From a virus (lineage: Duplodnaviria > Heunggongvirae > Uroviricota > Caudoviricetes), in IMG/VR virus record IMGVR_UViG_2675903495_000009: 8,656 nt of DNA. One strand, 5' to 3'. The notes beneath the pieces are model-generated. The model saw only the letters and a program-made list of their open reading frames with translations. It did not search any database and had not been told where the DNA came from. Positions 1 through 5,939 of the stretch are shown here, one piece after another. Numbering within the stretch: the first letter of the stretch is position 1; each line of letters begins with the position of its first letter. A program made the position numbers and the translations under genes.

Positions 1-22
1 ATATCTCCCCGGCAGCCTTCAG

Positions 23-93
23 GGAAAAATATCATCAGATGGCTGCTTAAAAAAAGAACAAATGGTAGTGTCCGCTATTGCCAGTACACCTCA
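23..93. repeat. Left arm of a perfect 71-bp inverted repeat (partner 8586..8656)
   Basis: Plus 23..93 is identical to the reverse complement of 8586..8656 by direct comparison. The match runs to the right window edge, so the repeat may be longer. Overlaps the 3' end of the CDS 47..235. Confidence 0.8.
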
Positions 94-235
94 GGGTATA
101 AGGGGTTATGGCCACCGGACTACCAAACGGCTGCCAGCCCTCTTTCAGTTTATGTGTCAGCTTTTCCGCAAGATCTGACGGCGGCGCCGCCCTGACAACA
201 TCATAGTGTTTAAATGCCATGGTTCTTTCCACCAT
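47..235 (-). CDS. Small prophage late-region protein, DUF1737-like (recalled family)
   Basis: ORF track 62 aa. The second ATG at 220 (MAFKHYDVVRAAPPSDLAEKLTHKLKEGWQPFGSPV...) has a GGTGGA Shine-Dalgarno 7 nt upstream and is the likelier start. Resembles small proteins found just upstream of holin genes in lambdoid prophages. The last ~15 codons lie inside the inverted repeat, so the C-terminus may be a recombination product. Confidence 0.5.
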   Translation of the reverse strand: MVERTMAFKHYDVVRAAPPSDLAEKLTHKLKEGWQPFGSPVAITPYTLRCTGNSGHYHLFFF

Positions 236-413
236 CTGAAAAATAATTCTTTAAAATACCTGACATGTAATACAGAAAAAACACAAAACCATACCTTAAA
301 TAAAAACCTGATTATCAAGCAGATATGCATGGATAAACTACAAGACGAGATATAAACCACCCTGCATTTAAATAAACAATAAACAACATCAGAAAAATAA
401 TTCTGCTCTATGG

Positions 414-440
414 TTTACATTCAAAAATATCATTTATACT
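414..440 (+). promoter_or_regulatory. Candidate sigma70 promoter (TTTACA-N15-TATACT) for ORF 481..816
   Basis: -35-like TTTACA at 414..419 and -10-like TATACT at 435..440. The 15-nt spacer is short, and the region is AT-rich where such matches arise by chance. Confidence 0.2.
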
Positions 441-480
441 TTTCAGAACATCACCAGCAAGGCATAAACAAGGAAACTAA

Positions 481-816
481 ATGAAGTGGATTGTGATTGA
501 TACAGTTATCCAGCCATCATGCGGAATATCTTTTTCAGTCATATGGAGTAAAATAAAATTAATAATCTGGTATCAATCGGATGCTTTCTTACCTCCTGAA
601 AGTATATTTACACTGACTCACACAGGCATCATGCTCAATAACAAAGTGCTACCTGTAACCATTTACAACGTAGTACCATTCAATAAAACATTCTGGAATT
701 CAATCAAAAATAGCCAGGAATGCCCTACAAATACAGATAACGTATTGAATGAATGCTTTAATAACCGTTGCACTCTGCAAATATGTCCTTATGGACTAAA
801 ACAACAAAGTCCATAA
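481..816 (+). CDS. Hypothetical protein (111 aa, 5 Cys) in AT-rich cargo island, opposite strand to the phage genes
   Basis: ATG preceded by AAGGAA 6 nt upstream. A 111-codon open frame in roughly 33% GC DNA is unlikely by chance. 6 of 13 Ile codons are ATA. No recognisable domain. Confidence 0.35.
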   Translation: MKWIVIDTVIQPSCGISFSVIWSKIKLIIWYQSDAFLPPESIFTLTHTGIMLNNKVLPVTIYNVVPFNKTFWNSIKNSQECPTNTDNVLNECFNNRCTLQICPYGLKQQSP

Positions 817-840
817 GGAGTTTACTCACATCTGACAAAA

Positions 841-872
841 TCAATATAAACAGCCCCTCCGGAGAGGGGCTG
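841..872 (-). terminator. Rho-independent terminator candidate (minus-strand orientation)
   Basis: Perfect 9-bp stem cagcccctc/gaggggctg with loop cgga at 851..872. On the minus strand it is followed by UUUAUAUU (plus 841..850). No U-tract on the plus side. Confidence 0.45.
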
Positions 873-1212
873 GAGAGTGGCGCTATGTGCCATTGCATGG
901 TGCCGGGTGCCTCCCGGTGAATTCAGTACCAGCACCTGAATCCGCGATTATCCCATATACCTACTCGCTGATTGCCCCTCCGCACAGGGGGATTCACCAT
1001 GCCAGTTTCTTTTAACAAACTCCCCGCAAACCAGACAACAGTCAACCGCCTGAATTGTGAAGTATTTAAAAATTTCTCCCGCTAACTGATACCCGGCTAA
1101 CAGTCTGGCGTTTTCTTTTTCAGCAACGGGAAAGCAACAACCACCACACCCGCCACCAGCACACCGTCAGCCAGCACTTTTTACCGTAACAGGTGATAAT
1201 CCAGATATGTAT

Positions 1213-1566
1213 CTACCCCAGATGAGTAATCCGAAGTTCATCCATACCACAGGTCCTGGCTATTCTGTTGTACTCCTGAACAAGAGCAAATAATTCTGAA
1301 TTAGCAACCATGAACTCATCGCAAACCCTCTGTATAGCATCACTATTCAGAATAATAACGTCTCTTCCCGAAAGACGATCAGGAGTACAGAACAAAACTG
1401 TCAAACGGCTGAAGGCCTTTGCTCGTGCTGCATTGACTATATCAATACGCTGCCTAAGGATGAAACACCCCGACGCCTCATCAATATTCACTCTACCCAC
1501 ACCATATGAATGATAAATATTTAATGCTGAAAAAACCATTAGACCGTATAACAAACACTCAATCAA
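1213..1566 (-). CDS. Hypothetical protein (about 108 aa from ATG at 1539), rich in rare Arg/Ile codons
   Basis: ORF track 117 aa from a TTG; first ATG at 1539 (MVFSALNIYHSYGVG...). 8 of 11 Arg codons are AGA/AGG/CGA/CGG and 3 of 10 Ile codons are ATA, matching the three tRNAs immediately upstream. No recognisable family and no obvious Shine-Dalgarno. Confidence 0.4.
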   Translation of the reverse strand: MIECLLYGLMVFSALNIYHSYGVGRVNIDEASGCFILRQRIDIVNAARAKAFSRLTVLFCTPDRLSGRDVIILNSDAIQRVCDEFMVANSELFALVQEYNRIARTCGMDELRITHLG

Positions 1567-1676
1567 TACTTAACAGAACTTTTATTTTTGACAAACATAA
1601 AATATTTTCAACAATATCCTGAGCCAGGTATATTTCAGTATAAGGCTCTGCCGGAAGGAATCTGGAAGAATGAATA

Positions 1677-1753
1677 TGGCGCGCTGTACTGGATTCGAAC
1701 CAGTGACCGATTGCTTAGAAGGCAATTGCTCTGTCCGGCTGAGCTAACAACGC
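1677..1753 (-). tRNA. argO: tRNA-Arg (anticodon UCU)
   Basis: Cloverleaf read by hand: acceptor GCGTTGT/ACAGCGC, anticodon loop CUUCUAA, T-loop GGTTCGAATCC, 3' discriminator G + CCA encoded. Symbol given by positional analogy to the ileZ-argN-argO trio of Stx phages; uncertain. Confidence 0.85.
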
Positions 1754-1766
1754 ATGATGCAGATAA

Positions 1767-1843
1767 TGGACCGCCATCGGGGACTTGAACCCCGCGCAGC
1801 CAGCTTCGAAGGCTGGCGCTCTTTCCTGATGAGCTAATGGCGG
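1767..1843 (-). tRNA. argN: tRNA-Arg (anticodon UCG)
   Basis: Acceptor CCGCCAT/ATGGCGG, anticodon stem-loop CCAGC-CUUCGAA-GCUGG, T-arm CGGGG-TTCAAGT-CCCCG, CCA encoded. The 5' C is unusual, so the 5' end may be off by 1 nt. Symbol by positional analogy; uncertain. Confidence 0.8.
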
Positions 1844-1850
1844 TATGTGA

Positions 1851-1926
1851 TGGTGGCCCTTGCTGGATTTGAACCAGCGACCTGGCGATTATGAGTCGCT
1901 CGCTCTCACCACTGAGCTAAAGGGCC
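1851..1926 (-). tRNA. ileZ: tRNA with CAU anticodon, near-identical to E. coli tRNA-Ile2 (lysidine, reads AUA)
   Basis: GGCCCTTTAGCTCAGTGGTGAGAGCGAGCGACTCATAATCGCCAGGTCGCTGGTTCAAATCCAGCAAGGGCCACCA differs at only a few positions from ileX as I recall it. Ile2 versus Met cannot be settled from sequence alone. Confidence 0.85.
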
Positions 1927-1966
1927 GGGAGCCGCATAATAACGACGCGTAATTAATTCTTCAATA

Positions 1967-3034
1967 TCATCCGTTCTGGCTGACTAAATCCTGTACTTCC
2001 CGAACCGTCTGCTCAAAACGTTCAGTCTCCAGCTCAACGCCAATTGCACGACGCCCGAGCGCCAGTGCCGCTTTCACTGTCGAACCCAACCCCATGAAAA
2101 AATCTGCAATCAGGTCACCCGGACGACTGCTAGCGCTGATTATCTGCTGCAGCATTTCTGCCGGTTTTTCGCACGGATGTTTCCCGGGATAGAACTGCAC
2201 CGGTTTATGCGTCCACACATCGGTATACGGCACCTGCACCGTCACGCCAAAATACCGCCGCAGATGTTTATATTCACTCAGCAGCTCCGCATACTGCCGG
2301 TTCAGTGAGGTATACGTATCCACCAGCTGGTGGTGGAGCTTTTCCAGTTCACCACGCCGATGCTTCTCTTCTGCCACCCGGGCAAACAGCGCCTGTAATT
2401 TCAGATAATCGCTTTCATTCGGCAACTGCCACTGACCGGCACTGAACCAGTGCGACACCATGTTTTTCTTTCCTGTGGCATCTGCAATCTGTTTTGCCGT
2501 TATCCCCAGGGCAGCTCGCGCATCACGAAAGTAAGAAATCAGCGGGGCCATCACATNNNNNNNNNNNNNNNNNNNNNNNNNNNNNNNNNNNNNNNNNNNN
2601 NNNNNNNNNNNNNNNNNNNNNNNNNNNNNNNNNNNNNNNNNNNNNNNNNNNNNNNNNNNNNNNNNNNNNNNNNNNNNNNNNNNNNNNNNNNNNNNNNNNN
2701 NNNNNNNNNNNNNNNNNNNNNNNNNNNNNNNNNNNNNNNNNNNNNNNNNNNNNNNNNNNNNNNNNNNNNNNNNNNNNNNNNNNNNNNNNNNNNNNNNNNN
2801 NNNNNNNNNNNNNNNNGGTTTCAGCACCCGCCAGAACTGCGCCAGACACTGGTCCAGCCACTTCAGGTAATCATCGTCGCCCTTCCACTGGTTATCCCAG
2901 CCCTCAGGCTTCACTTTAAAGTACGGCGGGTCCGTGACTATCAGGTCAACAGAATTTTCGGGTAACGACCGGATAAATTCCAGGCAGTCGGCGTTGATTA
3001 ACTCACAACTGGATATTTTTACAGTATTAAGCAT
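1967..3034 (-). CDS. DNA methyltransferase (N6-adenine/N4-cytosine, beta class), phage-type
   Basis: 355 aa. N-terminal VTDPPYF (catalytic motif IV, DPPY) and C-terminal FFMGLGST (AdoMet-binding motif I, FxGxG) in the order typical of beta-class MTases. The middle (2557..2816) is masked. No adjacent restriction endonuclease, so apparently orphan. Confidence 0.9.
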   Translation of the reverse strand: MLNTVKISSCELINADCLEFIRSLPENSVDLIVTDPPYFKVKPEGWDNQWKGDDDYLKWLDQCLAQFWRVLKXXXXXXXXXXXXXXXXXXXXXXXXXXXXXXXXXXXXXXXXXXXXXXXXXXXXXXXXXXXXXXXXXXXXXXXXXXXXXXXXXXXXXXXXVMAPLISYFRDARAALGITAKQIADATGKKNMVSHWFSAGQWQLPNESDYLKLQALFARVAEEKHRRGELEKLHHQLVDTYTSLNRQYAELLSEYKHLRRYFGVTVQVPYTDVWTHKPVQFYPGKHPCEKPAEMLQQIISASSRPGDLIADFFMGLGSTVKAALALGRRAIGVELETERFEQTVREVQDLVSQNG

Positions 3035-3128
3035 GGATCATTAAGCCTGTCTCTGATAGGCTCATTCTGCTTTTGCGCAAAGCAGTGGGCCTGAGGTTTG
3101 CTTGTGAACCCAACGCATGAGCAGATGG

Positions 3129-3155
3129 CTGGTGGGTGCCCCTAACACCCACCAG
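3129..3155. other. Stable 10-bp perfect hairpin without U-tract between the small late ORF and the methylase gene
   Basis: ctggtgggtg-cccctaa-cacccaccag. Possible processing or attenuation element; function unknown. Confidence 0.3.
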
Positions 3156-3170
3156 CCGCCCATTTACCAC

Positions 3171-3198
3171 AAATAAAAAAGCCTTCACTGCGGAAGGC
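3171..3198 (-). terminator. Rho-independent terminator candidate overlapping the stop of CDS 3185..3382
   Basis: Minus-strand gccttc-cgcagt-gaaggc hairpin (plus 3181..3198) followed by UUUUUUAUUU (plus 3171..3180). Confidence 0.5.
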
Positions 3199-3382
3199 GT
3201 CTGTAACAACCGAACTGATAGTCTGCCAGACCCGCCATAACCAGCTGGGTCAGTATTAACTGGCAGCGTTCGCGTGAAAGGTAAGTATTCTGCGCTATCT
3301 CCCCGACTGTCGCCGGTTCGGTAACGCTTAATTCATTAAACACCACTCTGGCGGTTTCTGTCATATCCTGCTGTTTTAGCAT
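3185..3382 (-). CDS. Small hypothetical protein (65 aa), possible winged-helix/HTH DNA-binding protein; first gene after PR'/tR'
   Basis: MLKQQDMTETARVVFNELSVTEPATVGEIAQNTYLSRERCQLILTQLVMAGL... with a ggaaaaggaaaag Shine-Dalgarno region upstream. The helix-turn-helix-like segment TVGEIAQNTYLSRERCQLIL is judged by eye. Confidence 0.5.
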   Translation of the reverse strand: MLKQQDMTETARVVFNELSVTEPATVGEIAQNTYLSRERCQLILTQLVMAGLADYQFGCYRRLPQ

Positions 3383-3499
3383 GTCTTTTCCTTTTCCGGT
3401 TAACGTGACACACCAATAACTCTTGTCGAAAAAGCCAGCAAGCTGAAAGACAGGTATTCACCGCCACCAGCGCGTTTACTGTACTGACGCGATTTCAGT

Positions 3500-3526
3500 C
3501 ATAAAAAACCCGCTCGGCGGCGGGTT
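3500..3526 (-). terminator. tR'-like intrinsic terminator of the short PR' transcript
   Basis: Minus-strand acccgc-cgccga-gcgggu hairpin followed by UUUUUUAU, about 40-65 nt downstream of the PR' -10. Confidence 0.65.
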
Positions 3527-3559
3527 GTAGAAACTCTTCTAACGTCAGGCATAAAACGC

Positions 3560-3601
3560 CCATCGTTATGACGAATTTACCACAGATTCCGGAAAAATCA
3601 A
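3560..3601 (-). promoter_or_regulatory. Lambda-type late promoter PR' with qut and pause-inducing element
   Basis: On the minus strand, immediately after the Q2 stop: TTGATT (-35, plus 3596..3601), 16-nt spacer, TAAATT (-10, plus 3574..3579), then cgtcat-AACGATGGG. This matches the lambda PR' arrangement TAAATT-N6-AACGATGGG as I recall it. Confidence 0.7.
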
Positions 3602-3606
3602 CCTTG

Positions 3607-4354
3607 TTACCTAGTTACCTTTTTTAACTGCCGCTCAGCCCATGCTTCTTCAATATCAAACCGGGTCACCAGCGCATCATAAAATTTCTTAACTGTTTTT
3701 TCCCATGACGCGCGTGTTATCTGGTTTGTCACCTCGCATATAGCATTAAATGCCTCCGTTGATGGTAGTCTTTCATAGCCACGACCACCANNNNNNNNNN
3801 NNNNNNNNNNNNNNNNNNNNNNNNNNNNNNNNNNNNNNNNNNNNNNNNNNNNNNNNNNNNNNNNNNNNNNNNNNNNNNNNNNNNNNNNNNNNNNNNNNNN
3901 NNNNNNNNNNNNNNNNNNNNNNNNNNNNNNNNNNNNNNNNNNNNNNNNNNNNNNNNNNNNNNNNNNNNNNNNNNNNNNNNNNNNNNNNNNNNNNNNNNNN
4001 NNNNNNNNNNNNNNNNNNNNNNNNNNNNNNNNNNNNNNNNNNNNNNNNNNNNNNNNNNNNNNNNNNNNNNNCTACCGGTTTTATTTCTGCCGGAAGTTTT
4101 CTCAACGCCGCCACACGATCGCACCGACTGAGTGCATAATCTGCCAGTAATTCTGTTGCCCGCGCCCTGTCATTCATACTGATGCCCATTTTCCCCAGGA
4201 ACGCAGAAAACCCCATCTCAGCCCGATTCTGTGTCATGCCCTGCGCGGCCATCACATCAGTGATACTCAGCGCATCTTTTGACGTTGAGGCCGATGCATC
4301 GGTCAGGCAAGGGGATTTTGGGGAGTAGTATTTCGGTAAATCTTCCAGTTTCAT
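3607..4354 (-). CDS. Q: Late antiterminator Q, lambda-Q family (copy 2, adjacent to PR')
   Basis: N-terminus MKLEDLPKYYSPKSP...TDVMAAQGMTQNRAEMG resembles lambda Q (MRLESVAKFHSPKSP...TDVMAAMGMAQSQAGFG). C-terminal frame ...ASWEKTVKKFYDALVTRFDIEEAWAERQLKKVTR* resembles the lambda Q C-terminus. The interior 3791..4071 is masked. The span is 748 nt, not a multiple of 3, and about 38 codons longer than copy 1, so integrity is unverified. Confidence 0.7.
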
Positions 4355-4430
4355 TTTTTGACCTGCTCTTCATGCATTATGGGGTAAATCTTCACCCCCA
4401 GACGTCCACCAGATACTGGCTGACCACGAA
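4072..4430. repeat. Direct repeat, copy 2 of the rusA-3'/Q-5' module (partner 5153..5511, offset 1081 bp, about 92% identity by eye)
   Basis: Base-by-base comparison shows scattered substitutions only, so these are diverged copies rather than an assembly duplicate. Confidence 0.85.
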
Positions 4431-4574
4431 NNNNNNNNNNNNNNNNNNNNNNNNNNNNNNNNNNNNNNNNNNNNNNNNNNNNNNNNNNNNNNNNNNNNNN
4501 NNNNNNNNNNNNNNNNNNNNNNNNNNNNNNNNNNNCACCGTCGGCGGATAAGGTAAAATAAACTCATGGCGCAT
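4351..4574 (-). pseudogene. rusA-like remnant (second copy): N-terminal and C-terminal segments but too short and out of frame
   Basis: N-terminus MRHEFILPYPPTV (RusA-like LPxPP start) and C-terminus ...RGQPVSGGRLGVKIYPIMHEEQVKK* (cf copy 1 ...RAQPVSGGRLGVKIYPIMLEGQVKK*). Only 224 nt span start to stop, including the 105-nt mask, versus about 360 nt for full RusA. Its TGA overlaps the Q2 ATG (ATGA). Depends on the mask length being true. Confidence 0.4.
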
Positions 4575-4816
4575 CAGCGCAGCACCTCCTGCACCAGTTT
4601 TTCAAACTTTCCGACTCTGGTTTCCAGCTCTGCCACACAGTCCACCAGCTCATCTACTGCTTTCTGTGCGCGATGCTTCGCCTGCATCAGTTCCCGAAGC
4701 GCGGGTACCATATCTTTACGGATAGCGTCTTTTGTTATGCCCGTTTTTTCGAGTTGTTCAGCATGACGCAGCATTTCCTGCGCGTGTTTACGCAATTGTT
4801 CAGGGGTAAAAGTCAT
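4574..4816 (-). CDS. Small hypothetical protein (80 aa from ATG at 4816), predicted helical and charged
   Basis: MTFTPEQLRKHAQEMLRHAEQLEKTG...AELETRVGKFEKLVQEVLR. The N-terminus resembles that of CDS 7868..8212. Its start overlaps the 3' end of Q1 by 17 nt. Confidence 0.45.
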   Translation of the reverse strand: MTFTPEQLRKHAQEMLRHAEQLEKTGITKDAIRKDMVPALRELMQAKHRAQKAVDELVDCVAELETRVGKFEKLVQEVLR

Positions 4817-5435
4817 TGTCTGGTTGTTCAAAAGAAACGCTCCATCTTACTGCTGTCAGTTCGTTTATTACTGTATCTGCGCGGATTGCCGGGCNNNNNN
4901 NNNNNNNNNNNNNNNNNNNNNNNNNNNNNNNNNNNNNNNNNNNNNNNNNNNNNNNNNNNNNNNNNNNNNNNNNNNNNNNNNNNNNNNNNNNNNNNNNNNN
5001 NNNNNNNNNNNNNNNNNNNNNNNNNNNNNNNNNNNNNNNNNNNNNNNNNNNNNNNNNNNNNNNNNNNNNNNNNNNNNNNNNNNNNNNNNNNNNNNNNNNN
5101 NNNNNNNNNNNNNNNNNNNNNNNNNNNNNNNNNNNNNNNNNNNNNNNNNNNNCTGCCGGTTTTATTTCTGCCGGGAGTTTTCTTAACGCCGCCACGCGAT
5201 CACACCGACTGAGTGCATATTCTGTCAGCAATTCTGTTGCCCGCTCTCTGTCATTCATACTAATGCCCATTTTCCCAAGGAACGCAGAAACCCCCATCTC
5301 AGCCCGATTCTGTGTCATGCCCTGCGCGGCCATCACATCAGTGATACTCAGCGCATCTTTCGACGTTGAGGCCGATGCATCAGTCAGGCCGGGGGATTTT
5401 GGGGAGTAGTATTTCGGTAAATCTTCCAGTTTCAT
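4800..5435 (-). CDS. Q: Late antiterminator Q, lambda-Q family (copy 1) with C-terminal extension
   Basis: 211 aa, in frame across the 258-nt mask. N-terminus about 95% identical to copy 2. The C-terminus ...IRADTVINELTAVRWSVSFEQPDNDFYP* runs about 16 aa past the position where lambda Q ends (...NILNAVTR*). Its ATG overlaps the rusA stop (ATGA). No PR'-like promoter follows it. Confidence 0.75.
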   Translation of the reverse strand: MKLEDLPKYYSPKSPGLTDASASTSKDALSITDVMAAQGMTQNRAEMGVSAFLGKMGISMNDRERATELLTEYALSRCDRVAALRKLPAEIKPAXXXXXXXXXXXXXXXXXXXXXXXXXXXXXXXXXXXXXXXXXXXXXXXXXXXXXXXXXXXXXXXXXXXXXXXXXXXXXXXXXXXXXXXPAIRADTVINELTAVRWSVSFEQPDNDFYP

Positions 5436-5511
5436 TTTTTGACCTGCCCTTCAAGCATTATGGGATAAATCTTCACCCCCAGACGTCCACCAGATACTGG
5501 CTGAGCACGAA
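5153..5511. repeat. Direct repeat, copy 1 of the rusA-3'/Q-5' module (partner 4072..4430)
   Basis: See partner entry. Confidence 0.85.
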
Positions 5512-5713
5512 CGATATTGATTTCATCAAACTGCTCATCGTCCATTAGCAACCCCGCATGCGTCAGCGCATCCAGCGGCGCTTTCAGAATATTGTCCAGG
5601 TCACGGCGGCGCTTATCCGGTGGTTCTGCAATAATTTTTATTGCCAACCTTCCGGACAGGCTTAATTTCAGCCGCTGCTGGCGAACAATAAGCGCCACTG
5701 CCCGGCGATAACG
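5432..5713 (-). CDS. rusA: Holliday-junction resolvase RusA (visible C-terminal 93 aa; N-terminus inside mask 5714..5939)
   Basis: ...EPPDKRRRDLDNILKAPLDALTHAGLLMDDEQFDEINIVRAQPVSGGRLGVKIYPIMLEGQVKK* matches the RusA core (DLP12 RusA ...[31 protein letters not shown]... as recalled). Stop is translationally coupled to Q1. Confidence 0.85.
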   Translation of the reverse strand, partial: RYRRAVALIVRQQRLKLSLSGRLAIKIIAEPPDKRRRDLDNILKAPLDALTHAGLLMDDEQFDEINIVRAQPVSGGRLGVKIYPIMLEGQVKK

Positions 5714-5939
5714 NNNNNNNNNNNNNNNNNNNNNNNNNNNNNNNNNNNNNNNNNNNNNNNNNNNNNNNNNNNNNNNNNNNNNNNNNNNNNNNNNNNNNNN
5801 NNNNNNNNNNNNNNNNNNNNNNNNNNNNNNNNNNNNNNNNNNNNNNNNNNNNNNNNNNNNNNNNNNNNNNNNNNNNNNNNNNNNNNNNNNNNNNNNNNNN
5901 NNNNNNNNNNNNNNNNNNNNNNNNNNNNNNNNNNNNNNN

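Noticed and set aside
157-360. Minus-strand 67-aa ORF overlapping the DUF1737-like gene
   Set aside because: Overlaps a better-supported CDS out of frame, has a low-complexity AT-rich translation and no ribosome-binding site.
1213-1566. Possible Shiga-toxin or RIP-like remnant at the stx-equivalent position (NAARAKAF resembles the E-A-A-R-F active-site motif)
   Set aside because: The protein is about 110 aa (RIP A chains are about 250 aa), lacks the Glu before AAR and the rest of the RIP signature, and shows no similarity to StxA or StxB as I recall them. Treated as an unknown protein.
1588-1788. Plus ORFs 1588..1788 and 1310..1513
   Set aside because: The first runs through two tRNA genes on the opposite strand and the second is antisense to the minus-strand ORF 1213..1566; neither has a start context.
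2450-2965. Plus-strand ORFs 2450..2965 and 2494..2919 and minus-strand ORF 2523..2861 inside the methylase gene
   Set aside because: They are mostly translated N-runs (X) and lie antisense or out of frame to a well-supported MTase CDS.
3027-3209. Minus-strand 60-aa ORF between the small late ORF and the methylase
   Set aside because: Overlaps the 65-aa ORF's 3' end, spans the two hairpins, has no Shine-Dalgarno, and its translation is Arg/Ser/Ala-rich and typical of GC-rich noncoding DNA.
4370-4574. Track ORFs 4370..4567 and 4392..4574 as independent genes
   Set aside because: They are the rusA remnant's N-terminal segment read in two frames across the mask, not separate genes.
4279-5548. 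Plus-strand ORFs 4279..4551, 4566..4766, 4673..5212, 4816..5409, 4824..5186 and 5366..5548
   Set aside because: All are antisense to the Q, rusA and 80-aa ORF coding regions, several are mostly mask-derived X, and none has a ribosome-binding site.
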